From Eledone cirrhosa (lineage: Eukaryota): 64,000 nucleotides of DNA. Shown one piece after another: positions 38,090-51,685 of this stretch (its first letter is position 1; the number at the start of each line of letters is the position of its first letter). Under the pieces are notes generated by a model. It ran no database searches. It was not told the origin of the DNA and saw only the letters and a program-made list of their open reading frames with translations. The stretch is from the NCBI GenBank assembly GCA_964016885.1, contig OZ024741.1:283464001-283528000 (forward strand), in the 5' to 3' direction. The translations under genes were made by a program, and so were the position numbers.

Positions 38090-39025
38090 TGAACAAAACA
38101 GGTCGGACTGGATCTGATGAGATCAGACCAGATTGGGTCGAATTGGACCAGATTTGATTGGATCGAACAAGACCAGACATGAATGGATCACATCAGACCG
38201 GACCGAATTGGATCAGTCCAGACCAGAGCAAATCAGATCAGGGTCAGATTGCTCTGGAACAGATCAGAGCAGATCACACCGGGTTGAAATGGACTGAATC
38301 AGATCAGACTGGATCAAACCAAACTCAATCGCACCAAATCAGATCAAACTGGATTGGATCATACTGGATCATATCACACCGGATCGGATAAAACTAGGTC
38401 AGATCAAACCGGATCAGATCACACTGGAATAGATCAGCTTGGACCAGATCAAAATGTGTCAGATCAGACCAGACAGAGTTGAATCAGACCAGATTAGATT
38501 GAATCAGATCACACCAGATCAAACTAGAGGAGTTTGCCCTGGACCAGATTAGTTTGCTCTGGATCAAATTAGGTCAGATCCCATTTGATTGTGTCAGATC
38601 AGATTGGATCAAACCAAACTGGATCACTCCAAATCAGATCAAACTAGATCAGATACTGGTTCAGATCACACAGGATTGGATCACTCTGGATTGGATCACA
38701 CCAGATCGGGTCAAACTGGATTGGATCACACAAGAACAGATCAAATTGGATCAGATTAGATCAGCTTGGACCAGATCAAAATGAGTGAGATCAGACCAGG
38801 TTGAATCAGATCAGATTGAATCGCATGACACTGGATCAGACCGGATTAAAACTAGATGAAACTGCTCTGGACCAGCTGAAACTGATCAAAATGGTCCAGA
38901 TCAGATCAAAATGGTCAGATGCAATTGGATTGGGTCAGATCAGACCCATTGAGCCAGATCGGATCAGACTGGGTTGAATCGGATTGGATCAGATTGGATT
39001 GGGCCAGGTGATTGGACTGGATTGG
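38090..39025. repeat. Degenerate pentamer array (GATCA/GGATT/GACCA-type units)
   Basis: 5-bp periodicity over about 930 bp. Confidence 0.85.
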
Positions 39026-39267
39026 AAAGATTTATATGCACTAATAAAATAATTTGATTAATTTTAATTAGACAAATAATAAAGTTGATATTATAATTAA
39101 AGAATAAATAGTAAAGATAGCATATTTACGTGGAAATTGTAGCGATGAATCAACTTAGTGCCATTTCTGTACACTACTGCAATGTAAGAGCTGGAGCCAC
39201 TTGCTTCCCTAACACAAGGCATAGTTAGTAGTTTAGATCCAGCTCTAGTGATTAATAAAAAATCAGA

Positions 39268-39455
39268 CAGTATCAGTAGAGGGTCGGATGCCATGCTTTG
39301 CAGCATAGAGTTACAGCCCTTTATGATCTGAGCTCAAATCCCGCCGAGGTTAACTTTGCCTTTCATCCTTATGGGGTCGATAAAATAAAGTACCAGTCCC
39401 GCACTGGGATAATTGCTGGCCTTGTGCCAAAAGTAGAAACAATTATTATTATTAT
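39268..39455 (+). mobile_element. SINE family A with (ATT)n tail
   Basis: Core match. Confidence 0.85.
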
Positions 39456-40263
39456 CATCTTTTTTTTTTTATTTGTCCCCTTATATCAGCAAACTACCAG
39501 CAGATAGAAACCCAAACCCTTAGATTATATATTGTCACCTAAGGAGGTATTGGAGTGAAGTTGTCTCAAGAGTTTCAGGAGAGAAGGTGATGATTTTTTG
39601 GGGTTGTTCCTTAATTAAACCACAAGTGTAATGTATTGTGGGTTGGTGTGTGTGTATTGGAAGCAAGTGTGTGTATGTATATTGGGAGCAGGTGTGTGTG
39701 TGTGTATTGAGAGCAGATGGTGTATATTGGGAGCAGGCATGTGTGTGGGATTAACCAGTGTTCACATTCCTGAGAAACGGTGAGCCAGGTCCAGTTTGCA
39801 ACTACTAAGGAACTATTCAAATTTTCAAAGTTATATATATGTAAATAGATTTAAAAGAGTCAAAATCAGTGTTGCAGCATATGAACACAGATGTTGACTT
39901 TTTTATTACAATCATTTTGATATTGATCAGCTCAGAGTACAATCTATGTGAGTTTAGATATGTCTTTGCACATATAAGCTCGTATATCTGATGAGATGAC
40001 AAAAAAAGTTGGGCCCTGTCACTTTGATTGCACCCTGAGTTGATCGATATTGAAACAATTGTAATGTACAAATAAAGTTTGGACATATGCTGCAACACTG
40101 ACTTAGATTCTTTTAAATTTATTTACAGTCTACACATTACAACCGTAACTCTGGAAAACAATCCAAACGAAATGGACCTCGTAACAGCATTGAGAGCTTT
40201 GAATGGTGTGCCGTCTGTAACTGTTGTTACACATATAACTAACATATACATATATAAATATAT

Positions 40264-40313
<50 letters not shown>

Positions 40314-40536
40314 TATATACATATATGTCATCATCATTTAACGTCCATTTTCCACACTAGTATGGGTAGGATGGGCTGTCCCTTTGTGAGAGAGGTCAGG
40401 GAACTGCGATTCGCTCACACACAATTGATTTTAGCTTGGTTTCTATGGCTGGATGACCTTCCTAACGCCCAACCACATTTACAGTGCGCTGTAAATGTTT
40501 TTTGTCGTGACACTTACACACATACACACACACATA

Positions 40537-41588
40537 TCATCACCATCTTTTTACGTCTGCTTTTCCCTGCTTGCAAGGGTGGGACGGGTCTTATTCAGCA
40601 CAGCATCTCTCCACTTGTCACGGTCCTTTGTCATCTCCTCCGTGAGTTTCAGCAATCTGAGGTCTGCTCTCACCACCTCCGCCCATGTTTTTCGTGGTCT
40701 AGCTCTACTGCATCTTCCTTCTACTGGGATTTCTTGGCACTTCTTTACCCAGCGGCCATCCTCCATGCGCATCACATGTCTATACCATCTCAGTCTTCTC
40801 TCCTGCACACCACAACTTATCCCTCTTATATCCAGTTTCTTTCTCAACTCGTATATGCTTGGTCATTCACGCACATTGACATTGCACATCCAACGGAGCA
40901 TGCTTGCTTCATTTCTCTCCAGCCATCGCATATCTTCTGCAGTTGCTGCCCATGTCTCACTACCATGCAGCATCGTGCATCTCACACAGGCATCATATAA
41001 CCGTCCTTTCGTACACAGGGAGAAACCCTTCTTTGTCAACAGAGGAAGCAGCTCCCTAAACTTCTTCCAACCCGTCCTTATTCTAGATACTATGGCCTCA
41101 GAACACCCCCTCCCATACTAATCTGATCACCTTGGTACCGGAAACTATCAACCACTTCTATAGAACCAACCTGCATTGGAAAAATGTGTTTATCACTGTG
41201 ATTACTACTGCCAACTTTCCCTGTACATCTACTGCATATGTAGTTTTCCCTACCTGTTAGTTTGCCTGCTATCCCACTACATCTCTTGTGTACCCAAGAT
41301 CTGCATTGCGTACATTTTATGGAATTTATGCCAGTTCCTTTCCTACATATCGAACATAGCAATTTCCCTGATGGAATCAGAGTATTGTCCTCTCTTCTAC
41401 TTATCAACACTTTTGTCTTAGCTATGTTGACTCTCAGTCCTCTTGATTCCAACTGCTGTTGCCATAGCCAGAATTTCTTCTCTAGCTCCTCTACTGATTC
41501 TGCTATAAGAACCAGATCATCAGCATAGAGAAGTTTCCATGGGCATCCAGTCATAAACTCCTCTGTTATGGCTTGGTGGACTATAATG
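40537..41588 (-). mobile_element. RTE LINE 3' portion (subfamily ending LKLTEEMTKDRDKWRDAV)
   Basis: LYADDLVLIA, Cys-rich insert, RRLRWYRHVMR. Confidence 0.92.
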
Positions 41589-41589
41589 T

Positions 41590-42560
41590 AGCTGGGACAG
41601 CAAGCAGCAAACAGCCACAGGAAACAAGCACCACCAAACTCTGGGAGGGCTCTGTAGAAACAGTAGACAGCTTCTGCTACCTAGGTGACCGAATTAGCAG
41701 CGGAGGTGGGTGTGCGGAAAGTACAATAACTAGGGTAAGAATGGGATGGAAGAAGTTCAGGGAGCTACTGCCACTGCTAGCTGCAAAAGGCTTTTCCCTC
41801 AAAATGAAAGGCAGACTGTATGATGCGTGTATACGAACAGCAATGTTACATGGTAGTGAGACCTGGGCGCTGACTGTGGAAGACTTGCGTAGATTAGAAA
41901 GAAACGAAGCCTGCATGCTCTGATGGATGTGTAATAGTAATATACACGAACGACAAAGCATAAATGAATTGAGAGAGAGACTGAGCATAAGAGGAATCAA
42001 ATGTTGTGTGCAGGAGAGGTGGTTGCGTTGGTATAGACATGTGATGCGTATGAAGGATGACAGCTGCATAAAAAGGTGCAGAGCACTAGAAGTCGATGGA
42101 AACCGCGGAGTGGGGAGACCCAAGAAGTCCTGGGATGAGGTGATAAAAGCCGACCTTACCCAATTATACCTCTCAAAGGCGATGACACAGGACCGTGACC
42201 TCTGGCGTCACGCAGTAATACAGAAGACCCGACCCCCCCCCCTCGAGTACAAGCCGTAGCCAAAGCATATAGACAATATGCACCACCCTCCCCCACTGCA
42301 AAGTGGTTGTGGAGGTGCCGCGACAAAAAAGCACCCAGCCCACACTGTAAAGTGGATGTGTAGGCGCCACGGAAAAAAAGCACCGAGCACTCACTGTAAA
42401 TGAGGTTCGTGTTAGGAAGGGCATCCAGCTGTAGAAATCAAGCCAGAATCAGTTCCCGTATGAGCAAGGCATGGTCAGCCGATTGGCTACAGCCCACAAC
42501 AGGACAACTGGGTTCAACCCATGCTAGCGTGGAAGAATGGATGTAAAACGGTGATGATGA
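41590..42560 (+). mobile_element. RTE LINE 3' portion (subfamily ending LSKAMTQDRDLWRHAV) with 3' UTR
   Basis: VDSFCYLGD, LHGSETW, RWYRHVMR, GRPKKSW; (GAT)n tail. Confidence 0.92.
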
Positions 42561-42699
42561 TATATATATATATACACCACATATATATATATATATATAT
42601 ACACCACATATATATATATATATACACCATATATATATATATATATATATGATGCCAATCACGTTTACGAGATGCTTCAATCATTCTCGGTGGGAGCTG

Positions 42700-43010
42700 T
42701 TTATGTGTTAAGTATTTCTGTGGAAAAGTTAAAGGAAAGAAGAGTGCTCAGTATATATAGATATATGTGTGGTATATACATATATATATTTAATTACATA
42801 ATAAACAACACAATATAATTATTCCATTATGAAAGGTTTCAAGAAACTAGACGATTCTTACTGAAACGTCTAGCCCATTATCTGATGAATAGGCTAGACG
42901 TTTCTGTAAGAATCGTCTAGTTTCTTGAAACCTTTGGTAATGGAATAATTATATTCTTTTGTTTATTATGTAATTAAATATATATATGTATATACCACAC
43001 ATATATATAT
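42700..43010. mobile_element. Fold-back element (arms from 42761 to about 43006) with tail
   Basis: IR read directly; gtgctca tail. Confidence 0.8.
42878..42943 (+). ncRNA. Type I hammerhead ribozyme
   Basis: ttat-CTGATGA(42882-42888)-ggctagacg tttct gta agaat cgtctagtt-GAAA(42927-42930)-CCtttGG-TA-atgg. Confidence 0.65.
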
Positions 43011-43189
43011 ATCGCATATATACATATACGAGCGAGACACGGTCCTCCAACCAATCTTGCCTCAAGTGGGACGATTCCCGTCTAAACCCATGCTAGTGTG
43101 GAAGATAGACGTTAAACGATGATGATGATGATGCATACATATATATATATACATACCATATATATATATATATATATATCATCATTATC

Positions 43190-43495
43190 ATCACTTTACG
43201 ACCGCTTTCTCTTGCTTGCAAGGGTGGGATGGGTCCTTTTCAGCACAGCATCTCTCCATTCATTATGGTCTTTCGTCATCTCCTCTGTGAGCTTCAGCAA
43301 TCTGAGGTCTGCTCTCACCACCTCTGCCCATGTCTTTCGTGGTCTTCCTCTACTGTGTTTTCCTTCCAATGGGATTTCTTGGCACTTCTTCACCCAGTGG
43401 TCATCTTCCATGCACATCACATGGCCATACCATCACAGTCTTCTCTCCCGCACACTACAGTTTATCCCTCTTATACACAGTTTCACTCTCAACTA
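43190..43495 (-). mobile_element. RTE 3' end fragment
   Basis: GRPRKTWAEVVRADLRLLKLTEEM. Confidence 0.85.
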
Positions 43496-43514
43496 TGGTA
43501 TATATATATATATG

Positions 43515-43593
<79 letters not shown>

Positions 43594-43594
43594 A

Positions 43595-43760
43595 TAATTG
43601 TTTCTACTTTTGGCACAAGGTCAGCAATTACTCAGTACATTACTGGTACTTTATTTTATCAACCCCGTAAGGATGAAAGACAAAGTTAACCTCGGCGGGA
43701 TTTGAACTCAGATCGTAAAGGGTCGTAACTATGCTGGAAAGCATGTTCGACCCTCTACCA
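43595..43760 (-). mobile_element. SINE family A
   Basis: Core match. Confidence 0.85.
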
Positions 43761-43871
43761 AAGGTTACAGTATCGTAAAAGAATAACATTTAAAATTACT
43801 ATGCATGGCGATGTAAAATTATTATTTTACCCTCTTAGGGTCTGTAATTAAAAACTTTGCTTTTAATATCT

Positions 43872-43911
43872 GCCTCCGATGAGCCCTCTTGGGCGAAACA
43901 CGTGTAAGAGC
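43872..43911 (+). ncRNA. Minimal type I HHR (U4C variant)
   Basis: gcct-CCGATGA-GCCC tctt GGGC-GAAAC acgt GTA-agagc; palindromic stem III ACACGTGT. Confidence 0.7.
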
Positions 43912-44200
43912 TATATAAAGATATGTTTTAACGGCTTGTAACTCTTTCATTCCCTAATTCTTCTGCTTATATATATACATATATACATGTGTGTTTGTGT
44001 ACATAAGCAATATATAATTGGATTTCTGCAATAAATATTTCTATTTCTGATCTAATCCAGCAATGCTCTGGTTTATATGAAATACCACATAAAACTACCA
44101 TCACCAACATAACCACCAACAACATCATCAAATCAACATTACCACCACTGACAACATAAATGACTAAAAATCCTTATCTACAACTACAAATAAAAATCAA

Positions 44201-44233
<33 letters not shown>

Positions 44234-45528
44234 CACTACTACTACCACCACCTCCACCTCTACTACTACAACTAAAAATAAAGATAATTAAAACTATAAT
44301 TTCAAAGATGAACACAAGATGTCACACATTTACCGAAAGTCAATTAAACAACCCCTTATCACTATCACCACAAGTACCACTATCACCAACACCAGGAGCA
44401 CCAGCCTGTAGTGTGTGTGTATGTATATATGTGTGTGTATGTGTGTATATATATATATGTGTGTGTATGTTTGAGTGTATGTATTAAAATAATAATAATA
44501 ATAATGAAAATTATTGTGTACAGTGCTCAGGTGCACTACAACTCATCAAAGATGCATGTATAGTACATAGAATAATGTACAAATGTCAGGAAAGTGAACA
44601 GTGTATAAGTCATAATATACACACAGGTACATGTGTGCGTGTATATGGGGGAGGGGGGGAATATCAGGAGTAGTGTTGGCAAAACCTTAAAAAATTAATT
44701 TAAAAAAATAAATATACAAACGAAGGACACAGAACTCCATGGTCATTGGCTGTTGAGATGGACTTGGGCAGTTTTGACCCCTACCTTTTCCATCTTTTAA
44801 GCCAGAAGGCTCATTTGGCCGGTGCTTATCCTGGTTTCATGGCGTGAAGCGACTGAGAGTACAAGACTCCCCCCTGGACAGGCCGCCAGTCCATCGCAGG
44901 GTTACACCTCCAGCTATTGCTGGTACTCATTTTCAGCTGAGTAAACTGGAGCAACGTGAAATAAAGTGTCTTGCTCAAGGAAACAACACATCACCCGGTC
45001 CGAGAATTAAACTCACCTTTCGATTGCAAGCCTAATGCTCTAACTACTAAGCCATGCGCCTTCACTGACCCCTACCAATGGTGTGTAAATACATATATAT
45101 ATATATATATCATCATCATCATCATTTTATGTCCGCTTTTCCCTGTTTGCAAGGGTGGGACAGGAACTGATTCTGGCTTGATTTCTACAGCTGGATGCCC
45201 TTCCTAACACCAACCTCATTTACAGTGAGTGCTGGGTGCTTTTTTTCCATGGCACCTACACATCCACTTTACAGTGTGGGTTGGGTGCTTTTTTGCCGTG
45301 GCACCTCAACGACCACTTTGTAGTGGAATGATAGGGACTCCAGTCCTATCATCTCATTTCTACAGCTGAGTAAACTGGAGCAATGTGAAATAAAGTGTCT
45401 TGCTCAAGGAAACAACACATCACCCGGTCTGAGAATTGAACTCACAACCTTTTGATTGCAAGGCCAATGCTCTAACCACTAAGCTATGTGCCTCCATACT
45501 AAGCCACGTGCCTCCATATATATAAACT

Positions 45529-45657
45529 ACCACACTCTCTAAAGTAATTAATAATTTTAGTCAATCCTTCCAAATTCTTTATAAATTAATTCAAATACAG
45601 TGTATTATAATTTGGAAGGATTTACTAAAATTATTAATTACTTCAGAGGGTGTGGTA
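45529..45657. repeat. About 48-bp inverted repeat (MITE-like or fold-back)
   Basis: accacactctctaaagtaattaataattttagtcaatccttccaaatt / aatttggaaggatttactaaaattattaattacttcagagggtgtggt. Confidence 0.7.
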
Positions 45658-45972
45658 ATTTCCTTGAAGCATTGTGTAAAGGGTAGAAAACAGTGTTTTG
45701 TTTGAAGGCTCCCACAATGTGAATAAGATGGTAAATGTTAAAAATATGATAACAATGATGTTGGGATGTTACCTCGTAGTTCTTTATAGATCCTCATATT
45801 TCGAGATAAAATCCCTTCATCAAAGCATTACAAAAAGAAACTAGTTTGGAGCTGTATATTTTTTGTCTCTCTTAAACTCCCATTTTTTTAATATATCATG
45901 GCAATATTTTATCCATTGTCATTTATTGTTTTATTTTTCATTTACAGTTAACTTAAGATCATATTATTATTG

Positions 45973-47010
45973 TAGGGCGGTGGATTGGCAATAACGGTAG
46001 AGCATCGGACAACATGCTTAATGGCATAGTCAAGGCCCTTTACGTTCTGAGTTCAAATCCCAGAGAGGTTAGCTTGGCCTTTCAACCTTATAGGGTCGAT
46101 AAAATAAAGTACCAGTAACGCACTGGATCGATTTAATCGACCCCCCCCCCCCCCAAAAAAAAAAGAAATGCTAGCCTTGTGTCTATAGTAGAAATCATTA
46201 TTATTAATATTTGTTTTCCCGCTTCCTTCAGTTTTGTCATCATTTCTTGCTGAGCATCTTCTATTGGTGCATTGGCAGTATCGGTAGAGGGTTGGACGCC
46301 ATGCTTTGCAGCATAGAGTTACGACCCTTTATGGTCTGAGTTCAAATCCTACTGAGGTTAACTTTGCTTTTCATCCTTACGGGGTTGATAAAATAAAGTA
46401 CCAGTAATACACTGGGTAATTGCTTGCCTTGTGCCAAAAGTAGAAACAATTATTATTAGTGGATTGGCAGTACCGGTAAAGCAACGGACAACATGCTTTG
46501 CAGTATATTGTTACAGCCCTTTACATTCTGAGTTCAAATCCCCCCGATGTTAGCTTTGCCTTTCATCCTTATGGGGTAGATTTAATCTCCTCCCCTGAAA
46601 ATGGTTGGCCTTGTGTCTAAATCAGAAACCATTATTATTAGTAGATAGGCAGAGTTGTCAAAAGTTGATAAAATAAAGTACTAGTCAAGAATTGGGGTTG
46701 ATTTAATTGACTTTCCCCTCCCTCAAAATGAACTGGCTGTATCAAAATTAGAAATTATTATAATTATTATTTAGTCAGTCAAGGTGGTGGATTGGCAGAA
46801 TCGGTAGTGTTGGACAAAATGCTTTCTGGCATTTAGTCATTACTTTCTACATTCCGAGTACAAATTCCAGAGATTAATTTTGCCTTTCATCTTTCAGGGT
46901 TGATAAAATAAAGTACCAGTTAAGTACTAAGGTCAATGTAATTGGCTTTCTCCTCCCTACAAATTAGCAGCAATTTGTGGCCTTGTGCCAATGTTAGAAA
47001 GCATTATGAT
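45973..47010 (+). mobile_element. Same-orientation cluster of about 5 SINE A copies
   Basis: Repeated ggattggcag..gagttcaaatcc..aaagtaccagt..agaaa-(att)n units. Confidence 0.85.
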
Positions 47011-47115
47011 CAAGGCAGTTGATTTGACAGTCGTTAAAATGATTGATATTTGTCCTGGTTCTCTGTACTCTCAGGACTGATGAGAGGTATACACTTGACT
47101 TTTCATTCTTTAGGG

Positions 47116-47433
47116 CAGTGGTTCTTAACCTGGGGTGCCAGCACTATAAGGGGTGTGGAATTCAGTTCTTGGGGGTGCAAAGAAAGGTCCAGAAAAACAA
47201 CTTGATTTTCACTTTACTTCTCATCATTCAGTGTTTCATTTGTTTCAACTTCTTAACTACAATAGCATTATTTATTAATCATAGTAGTTAATTAATTAAA
47301 TAATAACAGCTAAGTAGCTGATAATTTGACCAGAAAATTCAACTTCTTTTATTTTGTGCCAGACCTAGGGAAGTCTGATGGAATTTAAAAATTTAAAAAG
47401 GGTACCGCAATAGAAAATGGTTAAAAACCATGA
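47116..47433. mobile_element. hAT (Charlie-like) MITE inserted in a SINE
   Basis: TIRs cagtggttcttaacc / ggttaaaaaccatga; 8-bp TSD ctttaggg at 47108-47115 and 47434-47441. Confidence 0.82.
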
Positions 47434-49429
47434 CTTTAGGGGGTTGATAAAAAAAAGTACCAGCCTTCTCTCTCTTCCATTCATCATATCATTGATATTC
47501 CACTCAATCAAAGGAGGGAGTATCAATGTTGGCTGAGATCCACTTTGCATTTCTGCATTTTAGGGGTTTATAAAGGAAGTACCAACCCAGTGCTGGACCA
47601 GCCCTCTTTCCTCCCATCTGTCATGTCCAGGTTGTTCTGCTGAATCAAAGGAGGGCGGGTTGAAAGATGCCCGTGTCTGCTTGCAACTACATAGTAATCT
47701 AAAACCCTCAGTAAACACATGGTATATACTACCAAGTTATACTCAATTGTGTGACAGCTGTAGTAGTTTTATTACTATGTTACTTTTTAAGTCTCCATCA
47801 CTTACTTCCAACCTCACCTCTATCATCTCCTTCATAGTCACTGCACCACTCTCCCCCTTTCTTATACCACACTCACTGACCCTCTCTCATGTTCAATGTA
47901 CCACACTGTCTACTAACCAGTCGTAGCATGTTCAACTTTTTCCTCCCTCCATATTCTCCCGATCACTGCACATGTAACAAGGGTGTCTTTAGTCCCGTCT
48001 GTATACCTCCATTCCACCTACCACTAACTTTATCAGTTTATTTCCCTCCCACATCATGGCAGTTACACATAAGGGATTATATCATACCTAATTTTACCCC
48101 ATACATCCTACAACTACTCTCTCTATGCTACCAAACCCCTTCTCATTGACATCTACCTCTTTCTCACCAGCTACCATTACTCCTTCTAGTATTATTCTTT
48201 ACACTACACTGTTTCTCCCTTCATACTTTCAGTCCCACTCTAATTCATTGTTTCTCCAATCAGACTCTCTCTGCCCCACTCCTTCCTTTTCTGTCATTCT
48301 TCACAATTCTTTTTGTTTCTCCTATCATACTCTTGAACTCCTCACCCAATCACCCTGTTCCTTTATTCATCATTGCTTTCTCTTCCCTTCACCCACTTGG
48401 CCATGTTGCCTTGAAAGAATAGAGGCAATGTACGGAAATGAACACATCTTTAATCTTGTGAGATTCAAAACAAAATCTTGAATTCAGGTTCTATGATAAA
48501 ATACACTTACTACACTCTGTAAAAGGGTTGGTGTTAGGAAAAGCCTTTGAAACTGATAACAATGGAATTTATGAGTAAGATAAGTTATCCAACCTCATAC
48601 CATGTAACATATGCTAATGTGGAAAGTGGACATACAATGATGATGATACAGATACTGTATATAATATATATACATGTACATACTATGCAGAAGTAGTATG
48701 TGTTTATATATATGTATGCTGTGTGCATCCTGAATTTTAGATACACTGTATACCTGTGTGCCCTAAGAGGTGACTAAAAGGGTTAGTATCAGGAAGAGCA
48801 TCCTGCTGTAAAATATTGTTTCAAACCACCTCATCCAAACACATGCCAGCAAGGAACAGTGGATGTAAAAATGATTATATATATATATATATATATTAAG
48901 TCTATGATGCCAAGACTAAGGAGACCACAAATCAAGGTAGTATTCTATGCATGGGATGAAGCAGAGTGGGTATAAATGAAGGTAAAATCCAACTGCTATG
49001 CCTAGTGGTTTCGGCTTCTATTAGGCAAGTAGAAAAGTGACAGTGACTTTGAAGTTTCAGTTTGATTGCTTTATTGGGCAACCAGATGAAGTGATCAAGC
49101 TGAAATTTCAAAGTCGCTGTCACTTTTATTTTCTAAGAAAATAGATTTTTACACTCTACCTAAACCTCATTGAATGTTTATTCAGTTGATGTTTGAATGT
49201 TTCAAATACAATGGTATTTAAAACACATTCCAATATGTGTTTAAAAAAAGAAAAATTGGGTATAATCGGAATTAGATGTTGTGCGCAAGAAGAATGTGCT
49301 GGTGTGGACATGTATTGTGTATGGATGATGACACTTGGGTGAATAAGCTGCAAGACACACATATATGTATGTGAAAAGTCAACAAGAAAAAACAACATGG
49401 GAGAATAATGAAGTACAATGATGATATTA

Positions 49430-49600
49430 TATTCATTTAATGCTTGATATATTAGGAAAAGTGTCTTAACGTTAAGGACGCCAGTCCTTCAATTGAAGAT
49501 AGAAGAAAAAGAAAGATAGACAAGAGTAAGAAAAGAAAAAAGAAAAACATATTTTAAGGAGGAAAACATGCGTTTACTTAATCAGCCATTTTGGATATGT
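49430..49600 (-). mobile_element. Decayed copy of the 9289/12721 HHR-bearing family
   Basis: - strand tctt-caattga-aggactggcgtcc-ttaacgtt-aaga; ccaaaatggctga flank shared with 12615. Confidence 0.6.
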
Positions 49601-49976
49601 GCAGGTCAGAATGCAACTCAGATATAAAATGTGAAGGTGTGTCTTAGGGGTTAAGGTGTTCGGCTCACGATTGTAAAGTTGCTTGTTTGATTCTAGGCAG
49701 TGTGTTGTGTCTTTCAGCAAGACACTTTAATTCATGGTGTTCCAGTTTATTCAGCTAGAAAAAAATAGTACCTAAATTTCAAAGGGACAACCTTGTCACA
49801 CGTTGTGCTGAATCTCTCTGAGAACCACGTTAAGGAAACACACGCCTGTGGAATGCTCAACCTCTTCTTGCACATTAATTTCATGACAGGCAGTTACTTT
49901 GATCAAATCAACTGGAACGTCGTTAGAACTGAAAATGTATGATTCATATGTATAAAATGTATAGTGCGTATGATGC

Positions 49977-50013
<37 letters not shown>

Positions 50014-50580
50014 ATATAAATACACATATATATTATATACTTATTTACACACAGACGTCTGCATAACTGATATTAATAGTATAAAAATCAACATGCATTG
50101 AGTTATTTCCCTTGGCACATTTATTTTGTTTTTGTTTTTTATTAGTTACACGTACATTTATTATCTTGTTGATGTGTACATGCGTATGGGTGCTATATTG
50201 AATTATACTCCTAAGCTCATACTATCGGTTTGGAGCACTTTATTCAGTTATTTAAAAAAAAAATTTTTATTAGTGTGATTTGCTTTGATGTCTGTCATAT
50301 TTTTTTATGAGACATCACTCTCAACATCTAAATATCTCTGCAAAAACTATGTTAAAGAAAATAAACAAATACTCCACACAGCTACACAGGCCTTTCGAAA
50401 GAAAAAAAAATTAACTCTTGATATCAACCTGCCCAAAATAGCCCCAATTCTATGATGTCAACCTCATGATTTAAAGTATTGTATTTAAATAAAATGTTAC
50501 GAAAAACATTTTAATGCTATGTACTAAACTCGAGCAAAAATCATGGTTAATAAATTCCTTCAAATTGATGATTATTTACC

Positions 50581-50621
<41 letters not shown>

Positions 50622-51410
50622 TATAATGTGTGTGCATATTTACATATTCACATACATGTATGTGTATGTATATATATACACACACACACACAAATGAGTG
50701 TATATATATATATATATATATATATATGAATGTGTGTATGTCACTGTTTAATGAACATTTTCCTTGCAAGCAATAGTTGGACATGTAACCACTGACTGTT
50801 CAATACTGCAGCGGAAGTGCTGATCTCCAGGTTGACCAGGGACCCACAATATGATACTATGCTTTACCGGGTGCATTTTCTCATGGCACAAGAACTAGGG
50901 AAAATTGTGATGTCTTTGGCATAGCTGAAGAGTCTTTCCAACCCATTGTCTGGCCAATTTACTATGACTGGATATGGATATATATATGTATATATAGTCG
51001 CCGTGATGGTGACAAGGCAAAAAAGCACCCAGCCCATGCTGTAAGGTGGTTGTGTAGGTGTCATAACAAAAAGAACCCAGCACACACCGTAAATGTGGTT
51101 GATGTTAGGAAGGGCATCCAGCCGTAGAAACAAAGTCCGGAATAGTTCTGCATGAACGAGACAGTCACTGGACCCAACTTACCTCAAACGGGAGAACCCG
51201 TCTAACCCATGCTAGCGTGGAAAAATGGACGTTAAACGGTGATGATGATATGTATATAAATATATTTAGGAAGAAAATATTCGATTGTGCGCTCCTACAG
51301 TTTCTACTCATGGTCAAATATTTTCTTCCTAAATATACCAACTTTGCATCCTATTATGCATCAAACACTACTTTGAATAGTGGTCTTTCTGGGCATAGCA
51401 CCATAGACAC

Positions 51411-51463
<53 letters not shown>

Positions 51464-51589
51464 TTACATATAAAAGAAACTATAATTAAATAAGGTGCTC
51501 AACACATTGGTAGAGCAGATACATATATATTTCATACAGAAATGACTTCTAAATGATTCATTTGAAATCATCATATATATATATATATA

Positions 51590-51685
51590 CAGTGTCTCAA
51601 AAAATGTATACACACTTCAACAGCATTCTAATAAATATTGCCTGTACAGGTAATCAAAATGTGTATACATTTTTGGGACACCCTA
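51590..51685. mobile_element. Tiny Tc1/mariner-type MITE
   Basis: cagtgtctcaaaaaatgtatacaca / tgtgtatacatttttgggacaccct within TA. Confidence 0.65.

Noticed and set aside
38158-38784. Repetitive ORFs (DQTG/WIK)
   Set aside because: By-products of the pentamer array, with frequent stops
45790-45830. - strand ttgatga-agggattttatctc-gaaa HHR-like motif
   Set aside because: Core and stem I too decayed to support a call
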